Shown: positions 23,958 through 34,679 of the stretch, piece after piece
Layout: the number at the start of each line of letters is the position of its first letter
Numbering within the stretch: position 1 is the first letter of the stretch
Origin: Camelus dromedarius
Lineage: Eukaryota
DNA length: 64,000 nucleotides
Assembly: GCF_036321535.1 (NCBI RefSeq)
Contig: NC_087436.1
Coordinates: forward strand, 113,276,001 to 113,340,000
Direction: 5' to 3'
Notes under the pieces: model-generated
The model's input: only the letters and a program-made list of their open reading frames with translations
Told to the model about the DNA's origin: nothing
Databases searched by the model: none
Position numbers and translations under genes: made by a program

Positions 23958-24190
23958 GTAATAATAGTTGCTGACGTCTTCTGGGCGCATGCTGTGCGCC
24001 AGGCTCCCTGCCGCGTTTTCCAAGCGTCTTCTCATTCAGTCCTTACCGGCTCGTGAACTAGGTTCTCTCCTTCTTCCTGTTTAATCCCTGAGGACACTGA
24101 CTCTCAGAGAGGTCAAGTCACTAGTGTGAGGTCACACAGCAGCCAGCGGGGGAGCAGGCCATCTGAAGCCAGTGCCCATTCTCTGGACAG
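23958..24190 (-). mobile_element. MIR SINE (CpG-rich copy)
   Basis: tgaggacactgactctcagagaggtcaagtcactagtgtgaggtcacacagc. Confidence 0.75.
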
Positions 24191-26329
24191 GTACGGCCGG
24201 CAGGAGGCTGCAGGCACTGACAGGCAGGGATGTGTCAGTCTCACATGTGGCAGGTGTGCCAGAAATGGCCTTGCTTGGTGTTACTACTGTTATTGATTCC
24301 TTTAGGACAATGTGATTATCCCTTTAAAACAGAGGAACAACAGCAAAAATCCAATGTGGGCGCATAGTTTTCTGGGTGGTTTTTGCCCTGGATGAGGCGA
24401 GGACTGGTCTTGCCTCTTGGCCCAGACGTCGTTGTGACACGGAGGGGCTGTGAGCAGAGACCAGGAGGATGAGGGGCCACACCCCAGCCACATACTTTGG
24501 TAATATCTGCTTCTGGGCCGTCTTGGGCTGACCTTGTTTTGAAGCAGAGTGACCTTCAGTTCTGCATGTCCTTATTTTGTGGTTTAGGACTGAAGTGTGT
24601 AGGCTGTAGAAATTGCAGGGATTCCAGACGGGCTGACCACATTTAAAATGCCACCAGCAGGTGGGTCACGCCCACTCGTTTAACTCCATGTGGGTCAGAG
24701 ACACGTTACTCCTCAGAGAGCAACGACTCTCCTAAACCGACTGGGAATTGGGCTGTTTTGCTGGCTAGGTCGTGGTGTGATAACAGCGGGGCTTTTTTTT
24801 TTGCCTTCTTTTTAAAGATTTTCCAAGAGAGAGTCACTCTCCTTCCACTGCCCCCTTCCAGTGCCGAGAACTAGACCCAATTGCTGAAGCTGAAAGTACA
24901 TTCTTCTCTTGGTCACCATCAAAATCAAATTACCGAGCAAGCAGGTGCTGACGTGGCCTATCACCACACAAAGTTAATTAAAAAAAAAAAAGGTAAGCGA
25001 CTCAGTTTCCCGCAGTGACATTTCAGGGCTCGCCCTTCTCCCTCCCAGAGTGCACTGAAGACGTCGGGGATGATGCCACTCCAGAAGTGACAGGGACACG
25101 GGTTGGCAAGATGTGCAGCGTGGAGCCTGGGATCTGACTGTCATTTGGGCTCCTGTCAGAGTCACTGTTGGGACCATAAATCTTCAGCTCACGGCTGCAT
25201 CTTCTCCGGGGTTGAATTTTCTTGTTCTGTTTTGTTCAGCATGGCGCTCAAGATTCCTTCACAGAAATCTGTGCTGGGGGCAGGAAAATGCTATGTGAAT
25301 TATATCCTCGTGAAGTCACCATCTGGCGCATATTCATCTTGCTCTGCAAAATACCAAGGCTACCCTTCAGCACAGACGCTGGACCAGATCATCGCACACC
25401 GGTGACCGCGGTCATCAGCCCGCACGCAGTCAAGTGTAACGAATGCGCCTGGTGCCCACGTCAGACTTCCCGTCCTGCACACTGTTTGGCTTTTCCTTTT
25501 TTTTTCATCCATGGGGCTTGGTTTTGCTTCCTTCCCTGTTTGGGGTGGAGAGGGAGGTTTGCAGCCCCAGCCTCTTGAGAGGTAATTAAGTCACCGTCAC
25601 GGGGCTGGTAAAAAAATGGGAGCATTTGTGTGTGTCCAAGAAGCTGCATCACATGCACACAATACAGCACTGAGCAACTTTCTGTGGCCTGAAGAGGCCA
25701 TTGTCCTGGGCTCCTGGAATCCGTTCTACTGTTGGCACGCACTGGCTTTGGAAGGCCAGCCCCAGCCACTGGTCTCCTAGTGTTTTTGTGCCCGATGGAA
25801 GAAACTAGGGATCCCAAGCTTGGAAAAATAAAACCATGAAACACAAAGCAGCCCACCGTCTTCTCTGTGAGCAGAATTTCACAGCCTGCTTCCTGCTTTG
25901 CCGTGCCGGTCCTGCCGGGGGGTGCTTTACCGTGATGATGGGGAAGGTGGGGACCCACTGTGTCTCCATGCAATTGAAATTCTGGGAAACCGTGAACGCT
26001 GTCTTTGGAGAGAGACCAGCAAGAGTTCGCAAGTGGGACATGGGGGTGAGAGTGTTGCAGAACAGTCGACGGGGATGGTGACTGCAAGTGGGGGCGGAGT
26101 GGGGGTGTTCAAGGGCTGCTTCTACCCCGAGACTTGTGTGGGGGATGAGGTGCAGGAGGCAGGGAGGGCCTGGGTCTGAGCTCAGGAACATGCAGGGACA
26201 GTGACTTGGGCTCCTCTGCAGCGTCCCCACTCTACACTTAGGAGACGGATGGTGGTCCCATGGTGACCTTGCTGTGGGCGGTGCAGCCGGGGGTAAGGCA
26301 GCTTCGAGCTCATCCTCCTGTCCCATCCC

Positions 26330-26720
26330 TTCAGTAGGAAATAGTAAAATTGCAGGCAGCAATGAAAGATTTCAAAGGCCCTTGGGTGTCATTAGGGGCT
26401 TGTCACTGCCTTTCTCCAAGTTCTACAATGAATGGCTCCCAATTGTCTGCTATCAAATTAAAGCTCCTTATCACAGGCTGGAGCACGCTCTACAAATTGG
26501 CTCCTGCTTACCTAACTCATTGTTTATTCTGAAGCCCCTGTCCCATCGCCAGAGCGCCATCTCTGAAGCCTTCTAATTGCCAGCTCTCCTCAAATCAATT
26601 CCATTCAACAGATGTGCATTGGGATTTTGGCTCCAGAGCCAGACCGCGATAGAAAGGGAGGCAGTAAGGTAAATCAATCAGGTGTCATCGACATCCTTAT
26701 ACAGAGAGCACTTTCCAGTG
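26330..26720. promoter_or_regulatory. Candidate developmental enhancer
   Basis: Repeat-free; TCF TTCAAAG 26371, SOX ACAATG 26425 and CATTGTT 26518, GATA 26468, FOX TGTTTAT 26521, PBX/HOX TAAATCAATCA 26670. Confidence 0.4.
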
Positions 26721-26734
26721 TGGCAATAGTTTGA

Positions 26735-26870
26735 GTTTCAGTCCAAACTCAGGAGCTGAATCATCTTGGGCAAGTTACTTAAACTCTTCAACCTTCTGTT
26801 CCAGAACCTCGGCAGTGAAGTGGGGATAATAAGGCAGAGCTGCTCTAAGAACTGAATGACATTTTTATCT
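26735..26870 (+). mobile_element. MIR SINE
   Basis: atcttgggcaagttacttaaactct...gtgaagtggggataataa. Confidence 0.65.
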
Positions 26871-26892
26871 ATCTGCTGATCTCTATATAGTT

Positions 26893-26914
26893 CACACACA
26901 CACACACACACACA
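26893..26914. repeat. (CA)11 microsatellite
   Basis: Read directly from the sequence. Confidence 0.95.
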
Positions 26915-28169
26915 AAGCCCCCAAGAACCCATTGTTATTTTTACTGCAATTCAGATGGAGTCTGAAGGAGTCGTGGTCATCTCTGCCTACAGGAGTCGGC
27001 AAAGGCTTTATTGAAGAAGAGACACCTGAGTCAGGTTTTCCTTCTTCCAGCAGACAGGAGAGAGAGTTCCAGCACGGGGAGCTATAGGGACCAAGCCAGG
27101 AGGCAGGAAACAGCCCAGCCTGTTCCAGGAGCAGCAATTACCCCTGGAGTCCTGGGTTCTGGGGAGGGGGTGGGGGCAGAGGGTGGAAGACACCCTGGAG
27201 AGGCAGTTGTTGGCCAGGTCACCCTGCCTCTTTCTCTTGGCCGGCTGCTCCAAGAGCCGGCCTCCTCCACCTCCGTGTTGTGTGATTTCTGCTCTCTTGC
27301 TTAATAGTGCTCAGACTCACCTTTTCCATTCGGCTTTACCTGCTTCCAAATTCAGTACAGCCCCCAGCACCACTCAGGGCTGGTCAGACGTCATCTGTCG
27401 CCTGTCTGGGCTCAGCTGATAAAGCCCTCCAGGACAGGACCCTCACAGGGGACTCTGCTGGTAACCACATTTCAATAGCACTTTGCAAACAGAGGGAGTT
27501 TCGTAAATGCTGTTGCCTCACCAGGTAGATACTTAATCAGCAGATGAGGAGCAGGGCTGGGAGAAGCAGACTCAGTGACGGGAGAACAGAACCCGGGTGG
27601 AGATCTGACACCCTTTTTTCCAGTGACTTCAAATGAGTCATCAGTCTCTTTGATCCTAATTTTTTGTATCACCAATACAAGGGCCACCTGTTCCCAAGGA
27701 CTTTCCGAGAAGCAGGGAGGAGGTTCAGGGATTTGGGGAGAAGGGAGCAGCTTGAAGAGAGCCTTTGTTTCCCTAATTGTGTCTGAGAACAAGCCTGTCG
27801 GGTTCTTAGCAGCCTGTGTGCCTGAAGGGCTGGGAGCCTCTGAAGCTGCACCCCTTCCTTCCCACCCTGGGAACAGAGGCCAAGGTGGGGCTTGTTCCCC
27901 CAGAGCCGGTGTGTGGACGTCACACTTCGGCCCGGTTATGCGGAGGTGGTGTGTGCAGTGGTAATCCCACAGCTCTGGTGATGACCCTCACAGACCCTGC
28001 CTGGCAGGAGGGAGCCTGGGGACAGAGGGGTGGACGTGCAATCTCCCTGCCAGCAAGTGAGGGAGCCGGGATGGAGGTGGGAGATTTTCTGACACCAGCT
28101 CCATGATCTTTTTACCATCTCGCCTGGGAAGGATGCCTGTTGTGCTGCAAAGCTTGGAGCCATGGCACC

Positions 28170-28470
28170 AGAAGGAGAAAACACATAGAATCGAGAGCCC
28201 CGTGGGAGCAGATCGTGAAGCTTAGATCTTATGTCCCAAACTTGAGAACTGCAGGGGGAGACATAACAGAGCGCGGCGAGAGGGGTGGAGACCCAGTGGT
28301 GTGAGCGGGAGGGAAGGGCTGGGTGTCCAGTGCAGAGCGGGAGAGAGTCTAGATGGCCAGAGGGAGGAAGCAGGGTGGGGGGCGTGAGAGGGGCCTGGGC
28401 TGGGCTCATGGTTGTCAACGATCAGCATGGCTTGGTCGATGCTGAGTGGGCAGCCGTGGAGCGCAGGTGC
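28170..28470 (-). mobile_element. L2 fragment
   Basis: G-rich antisense L2-like segment (gcagagcgggagagagtc...gagtgggcagccgtggag). Confidence 0.45.
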
Positions 28471-28986
28471 GAAATTCAAATGGAGCACCAAACAGGATCC
28501 CTGACTTCATGAAGAAGAGCTCCCTCTCTCTCTTTAATTGTGCTCCCTGTGTCAGGAAGGGCACCAGGGCCTGATCAGTCTGATTTCAGGACAAAAGTCC
28601 CCGCTGGTCACATCCACGTGAGGAGTCTAGATGGAGGTTCATGATGCGTCTTCACTTCCACACGTTTACCTGTCCTCCTGTCCTTTTGTGCAGAATTGAC
28701 CTGGAAAGGCTGCTAGGAGTCTCACTCTCTCTTGGAACCTCCCTCTTCTCCTCCTTCACATCCCAGAGGGGCTGCTGCCGGACCCCGAGGTGCCCTGCCG
28801 GCTGACTCTCTAGCCTGAGGCAGTGACGTTGGAGCCTCCAAGCTTTAGATCCTCCAGATTCTTCACAGAGGAGCATCCACCACACAAAAGCTCTCTCCCT
28901 TGCTTTCCTCTCTCTCACTGTGTAACTTCACTGTGCTCCAGTGCCGGCAGGATTCCATCTGATTACTTGGTTATATTAAAGGCCTC

Positions 28987-29336
28987 TGTCACGGACTGAA
29001 TGGGTCTGTTTCCTTAAATCATTTATTGAAGCCCTAACCCCCAGTGTGATGGTATGTGAAGATGGAGCCTTTGGGAGGTACTTAGGGTTAGTTGAAGTCA
29101 CGAGGATGGGGCCAGGATGCACTTGGCACCCTATAAGAAGAGAAAGAGTTAGACCAGAGCTACTATCTCTGACACGTGAGGACACAGTAAGCCAGGCAGA
29201 GCACCCGCACCAGGAACTGCACCTGCCAACACCCTGATCTTAGACTTCCAGCCTCCAGAACTTGAGAACCAGATATCTATTGTTTAAGCCACCCAGTCTG
29301 TAGTATCTTGTCAGAGCGTCCCGAAAGTATAAGACA
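28987..29336 (+). mobile_element. MaLR LTR MLT1A-like
   Basis: tgtcacggactgaat...tgaagccctaacccccagtgtgatggt...gacttccagcctccagaac...gtttaagccacccagtctgtagta...taagaca. Confidence 0.9.
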
Positions 29337-29434
29337 AACTCCTCCCTCAAAATGGTAAAGGGAGGAGGAAAAAAGGAATGGAAAGGTAAGGGAAAATCCA
29401 GAAATGCCAGTTCTTGAGAAGGGCATCAGACAGG

Positions 29435-29667
29435 AAGACATGACCACCTCTTCAGTGAAGCCCTCCTTGACCTCCCCAGATTGAGTTGACACTGACCACG
29501 CTTGCACACAAGCTCGGCTGCTACGTTGAGTGGCACTGGTTCATGTGCCGGCATCCCTCTCGTAGACTCAGCTCCTTATGACCGGATCTTGCCTCGCTCC
29601 AGTTTGTTCTCTGTGCACACACCTGGTACCTAATAGGGCCTCCCTAAGTGCCTGCTGAGTAAGTAGT
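29435..29667 (+). mobile_element. L2 3' end
   Basis: cacctcttcagtgaagccctccttgacctcccc...tagactcagctcctt...taagtgcctgctgagtaag. Confidence 0.6.
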
Positions 29668-29735
29668 ATGGGGAACTCTAGTGTCAGTCTCCCAGGATGT
29701 CACTTCCGGACGTAGATGTCTCAGATCCAGCCCAA

Positions 29736-30170
29736 CATTGCAGTTAAGAGTGCCAGCCCTGGGGGAGGGTGTAGCTCAAGAGGTAGAGCACATGCTTAGC
29801 ATGCACAAGGTCTTGGGTTCAATCCCCAGTGCCTCCTCTAAAAATAAATAAACCTAATTACCTCCCCACCCCCCCACCAAAATAAAATAAATGATATAAT
29901 ACTTCATAAATAAAATATTAAAAAATAAGGGAATTTAAAAAAAAAAGAGGCCAGCCCTGCACAATAATGCCTGGGTTGGAATCCACTGTCCCCACTTAGC
30001 TGCCGGACCCTAGGCAAATTGCTGCGTCTTGCTTCGTCTTGGCTTCTACGACTGTAACATCCAGGTAGTAAGGATGCTAACTTCACAGGTTGTGGTGCAG
30101 TCAGCTGAGACCATCCGTGGAAACAGTACTGGGTCCAGAATCAATACTCAGGAAATCTCAGCTGTCATCA
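29736..30170 (+). mobile_element. MIR SINE split by a young tRNA-derived SINE
   Basis: Head gcagttaagagtgcca; resumes gcctgggttggaatcc...cttcacaggttgtggtg. Confidence 0.7.
29761..29944 (+). mobile_element. tRNA-Ala-derived SINE (camelid Vic-1-like)
   Basis: A box TAGCTCAAGAGG, B box GGTTCAATCCC, A-rich tail; TSD aagagtgccagccct (29746-29760) / aagaggccagccct (29945-29958) at a TT/AAGA site. Confidence 0.95.
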
Positions 30171-30264
30171 TTTTTCTAGGAGGCAGAGGGGACTGAGACT
30201 GCTTTGTGTGCTGACCAGGGGTATGGAGGAGGCTGGTCTTGAACTGACCTTGGAGGGCGGGGTC

Positions 30265-30470
30265 CATAGCACTTAGTGCTTGGTATGTGCCAGCCCCTGG
30301 CCTACGTTGGCTTATTTCATTCTTGGCCCACGTCTGCAAAGAAGGGATTATTATCTCCTTGGTAAAGAGGAACAGACTGAGGCTCAGGGAAGTTGTGCAA
30401 ACCTGCCCGAGAGCACAGAGCCGATTAATTACAGAGCGTGGGCTTGAACTCAAGTTCACCTGACCCTGGA
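30265..30470 (-). mobile_element. MIR SINE
   Basis: agactgaggctcagggaagttgtgcaaacctgcccgagagcacagagc...cttgaactcaagttcacctgac. Confidence 0.8.
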
Positions 30471-31132
30471 GGAAGGCATTGGAGGCACAGGCAAGGTCTC
30501 CGGAGCAGAAGAGTCCAAGGTCATCCAGATTTTGGTCACAGGAGAAGGTGCCTGTGAAGGTGGGGGTGCAGATGAGGGAAAGAAGAGGAAGGTGGGGCCA
30601 GGGGAGCTCTCCAATGCCAGTGGACTTGTCCCGTAAATACTAGAATACCATTTCAGGGGTGGGAACAGGAAAGGAAACTGATGAAAGGGGTGGAAAGGGG
30701 CCTAGGCTGTCATATAGTCCTTGTCATTCATTGTTGCAGATCTCAGCAGTGTCTTATCCACGATATGATAAAGGGGCAATAAAGAAAGTTCTGATGTTGG
30801 CCACTCTTGGCCTGTGTACTCCGGAAACGCCCATCCTTTCTGAATTTCCATTCAAATCTCCAACTCAAATGTCAGCATCTGATGCCTCTGCCAGCAGCAG
30901 CCAGGTCCACTTGGGAGGGAGGGGATGCCCATAAGAACACGGTTAATGAAGCTACCGCCTCCTCTGAGGATGCCCTGAGCTGCAGCAGGCTGGGCCCGGG
31001 GGCGCCTGTCCCAGGAAGCTGCATGCTGGATTCAAAGCAACTCTCCCAGCCTTGCTACTACTCAGAAACAAACTCGCACAACCTCCTCACCCCGGAGAAC
31101 TTCAGATCCCGTTGTAAAATTCGGAGAACACA

Positions 31133-31146
31133 GCGCCACCTTCTCG
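31133..31146 (-). promoter_or_regulatory. CTCF-like motif (reverse)
   Basis: Minus strand CGAGAAGGTGGCGC, 12/14 match to CCASYAGRKGGCRS, in a locally CpG-rich patch. Confidence 0.4.
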
Positions 31147-31479
31147 AGCGGATCTGCTGTGACATCAAGTGAGCGTGTGTTTGTGAAAAGTGCAAAATCA
31201 TTGTCCAAGCGCTACATTTGCCACCCCGATACTTCCCTCCTCCTGTCTCCACCCCAAAGGAGACCCAATTAAATTCAATAATTACATGAACATGAAAAAA
31301 CTTGTATAGGGCACCAACCTAGGCACTGAAAGTACAAGAGTGGATGAGAAAAGTCTGTCCTTACATATCTCCCTCACTGATAGAGGAATTCCAGGTCTGA
31401 GCAATATGGTGATTGGCAGCCTGGATGTGCGTGTCATCTGTCACCTGAGATTCCTCCCTCCTTGTCCTGGGTACTAGTG

Positions 31480-31690
31480 ATGCTACCACGTGGGCACTTT
31501 CTATAGGCGAGGCACTGGCTAGTTTCCTTACCTTGGTTATTCTGTTGAATCTTTAAAGCAATCTTGTCTCAGAGATTTTAAAACCAGAGCTCATCAAGAG
31601 AAATGTGCCCAAGATCACCCAGCTATGAAGTGGCACCGTCGGAATTCTAATCATGATCACATGCCCAGAGACCTTTCTTCTGCCTACCAG
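31480..31690 (-). mobile_element. MIR SINE
   Basis: tgtgcccaagatcacccagctatgaagtggcaccgtcggaattctaatc. Confidence 0.55.
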
Positions 31691-31739
31691 CCTTCCAACC
31701 AGCAAATTCCCCTCCCCTCACGCCTGCCTCCCACTCCCC

Positions 31740-32200
31740 CCACCCACAGAGCTGCTTTATTTCAGGCCCCCATCATTTCTCACAGAGATGATTTAAATTA
31801 TCAATACCCTGATCTCTGTTGTGACTTTCCAATACATCTCCATGGCCACTAGAGTGAGCCTTTCCAAACACAGATACAATCATGTCATCACTGTTTAAAA
31901 TTCTAAATTGCTTTCTTTGTCTACAAGACAAGATCTAAATTCCTTGACATGCCATGCAAAGCCCTTTCCAGTCTTAGCTTTGCAAGCCTCTTTCAGTGAC
32001 CCCCTGAATACTGCGGCCAAGCAAACAGGACCACTTGGATGAGCCCACCCATCAAGTGTTCCTCTAGATGCCATGCTGGAATTCCATTCTCCCCCGCTCC
32101 CTATCTAGGAAAACCCTACTCTTGACTCAAAATTGAGGGTTTCCTCTTACAGGAAGCCTCTCTGAGCCATCTCATGCCCTGTTAACCGACCCACCCCTGT
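31740..32200 (+). mobile_element. L2 LINE fragment
   Basis: caggcccccatcatttctcac...tttccaaacacagatacaatcatgtc...aaattccttgacatgccatgcaaagccc. Confidence 0.75.
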
Positions 32201-32565
32201 ATTGTCTACCATAATGGTTACTTTTATCATGAGGAAGTTGATCTGAGGAACAGTGACAGCAGGATGACCCTGACATGAGAAGGGACAAGGGGAGGAGCAT
32301 TTGTCTATGGTTGGTCGTGGTCTTGAGGACCACATCACAGAAGAGGTGGGATTTCAAAGGATTTCAAAGGAAGAATTGGACGCATTTAGGTCACTGTGCT
32401 CTGAATTCTCAGCTGTCGCCCGGGAGAATGTCAACATTGAAGGCTCTTGAGTAGGAAGAAGACAGAATCTCTTAAACAAGCCATGGGCGGATAGATGCTG
32501 GCGTCTTTTGTTCTCCAGTTTGGGCTGCTGGCTGGTGGCTCATCTGGCAATGTGCCAGGTGTCCC

Positions 32566-32580
32566 TCAGCACCTGGACAG
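32566..32580 (+). promoter_or_regulatory. RE1/NRSE-like site with 1-nt spacer
   Basis: TCAGCACC-T-GGACAG: both REST half-sites are exact; the spacer is 1 nt instead of the canonical 2. Confidence 0.35.
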
Positions 32581-33349
32581 TTTAAGAAACTTGGCACAAG
32601 CCGCAAGTGTGAGTGATTCGATATTTACCAAGGCTCTTTCCCTCCAGAAAGATCATGCGCCAGCCATCAGGGAGGGGGCTGTGGACATAATTGCACTGAC
32701 CAGGGGCATCTTTTGTTGCCAGCGGAAAGCAAAACACCAACTTTCTGACTTTGCCTCGAGCAGCCCCGGGACTCCTATCAAACAGCGTTATCTGGGGTGT
32801 TTTTCTCCGGGCAACCAGCAGCAGGTTCCTTGACCCCTGACTTGTCCAGTCAGAGGCAAATAACACAAAGGAGTGATCATCACCATCACCACGCTCTGTA
32901 TCTTCCAGGAGCCTCTGGAAGATTACAGAACCAGCTCCTGCTTGGCCCCACCTAACTTTAAGCATACTGAAGAATTCCTCACTCCTTGGAAGATGGTTCT
33001 CTATTTCCTTGACTCTTATTTTAATCTTACTGAGACCCATCTTTTTTTTTTCCCCCACTTTTAAAATTTCCACCACATGCCTCCCTACTCCAACCCCTCA
33101 ATCTTCGTCCAAATGAGCACTTACTTTGTTGGTTTTTAGGTATTTTGAATATGTATAGGCTATAATTGTAGCTTCTGCCCCTAAACACATCTTTTGGCTT
33201 CTTATGTTTTTTGTTAAGGTCGACTCCTCTGGTCCCTTATTTTACATGCAGTGCTTCTGCACCTTTTAGAACGTGGGTCTTGGTAGAAGGGGTATTTGTT
33301 CCCCACCACTGAGAATGGACTCCGCCACCTGTCATAGAGCCTCACCTGA

Positions 33350-33600
33350 TAATGAAAATATGAAAATATTGACGGCAGCTCCCACTCACCGTGGGCTTGG
33401 CACTGGCCAGTCACTGGACGAGGCTCCTGACTCAAATTCATGGACTCACTTATTGTCACAATGAGCCTGTGTTAGTATCACTATTGTCCCCAACTTACAG
33501 GTGTGAGAACAAGGCTCAGCAGGGCCACGTGACACGTGGACAATCAGACGGTGAGCGTCAGAATCTGCCTGCCTCCGAAGCCAAGTTCAGTGTCCTACGA
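33350..33600 (-). mobile_element. MIR SINE
   Basis: ctattgtccccaacttacaggtgtgagaacaaggctcagc. Confidence 0.7.
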
Positions 33601-33975
33601 TTTTGTATCTTGAACTTTTGCCGTCGTCTGTTTTTATTTCTCCTTCTTAAGACCATTACAACAAATAGAGACAGACAATAAGATCTGAGCGACAAAAATA
33701 CCGGACACCCTGAAATTGTCCTCTCCCCTTCTGTAGGGCCTCCCAGCAGGAGTGAAATTCAATTTCCTTAGTTAAATCCGTTTGAATTCATTTTCAGGAG
33801 TTAAAATTTGACAAGCGGCTGTTACAACACACTCCAGCGGGGTCCGGGACTGCAACCGCCTAGCATGCCTGCCATGGTCTTATTTTGTTCCCTGCCCGTT
33901 TGCCTGGTGTGATCTGTCCTTTATAAACCAGGCTTATCTGGGAATAGTGTGCATTTGTTAATTACCTTTACAGAG

Positions 33976-33989
33976 CCAGCAGATGGTGC
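33976..33989 (+). promoter_or_regulatory. CTCF-like motif (forward) overlapping a CAGATG E-box
   Basis: CCAGCAGATGGTGC, 13/14 match to CCASYAGRKGGCRS, in a repeat-free island. Confidence 0.5.
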
Positions 33990-34679
33990 AGAAAGCGCTG
34001 TATTGTCTGTGGCCCCACGCCAAAAAAGAGAGGGAAGGAGGGAGAGAGAGAGAGGCATCTGTTTATTTGTTTAATTTCTTTGCAAGGAAATGGTGGGTAT
34101 AAAAATAAAACCAGTCGTCACTAGGCATTTCAAAGTGAGGAACGCTTCTGCTGTCGGCGTAACAATGGCTTAAAATAAAATTCTCTTTTAGTCCCCAAAG
34201 CCTGGGCAATTCAAAGAAGCATTTGAAACTGGGAACCGGCCATGCTGGACACAGTGAGGATCAAGTAGCCAATCTTGGATGCTGGCCAGATGCACCTGTC
34301 GAGGGAAGCAAAACTGCCCCATCACAGCCCAGATCTTAAGTACAGAAAACCACCGAGAAAAGCATATTCCACATGCAGACTCTCACTACGTGCCTCGCCC
34401 CCCACTTCTGCTCGACTAGCCAAGGGTCAGGTGAGTTTCATATCAACAGAGGAGAATGGTTTCTCTTTCTACACATTCGATGGTAGGAGTTCAGCATATA
34501 AATCTGCACCACTGGCCCTAGAATCAGAGATTATTCCAGATGGAAGGGCTCTGAAAACCACCCCAGTTGAACTCCCTCCTCTCAGAGATTAGGACATTAA
34601 GACCCAGAGCAGGAAAGGGCAGCTCAGAGCTGAACTTCTTACACTTACGGATGTGCTTCCCACCTGCTCATTCCGCCGT

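Noticed and set aside
25461..26362. Overlapping 208-aa and 185-aa minus-strand ORFs
   Set aside because: GC-rich, stop-poor sequence open in several frames; non-ATG starts; no protein-family resemblance
29761..29835. tRNA-Ala(AGC)-like gene (also 8098-8172 on the minus strand)
   Set aside because: It continues into a SINE-specific spacer and A-rich tail with a TSD and occurs twice, so it is a SINE head rather than a tRNA gene
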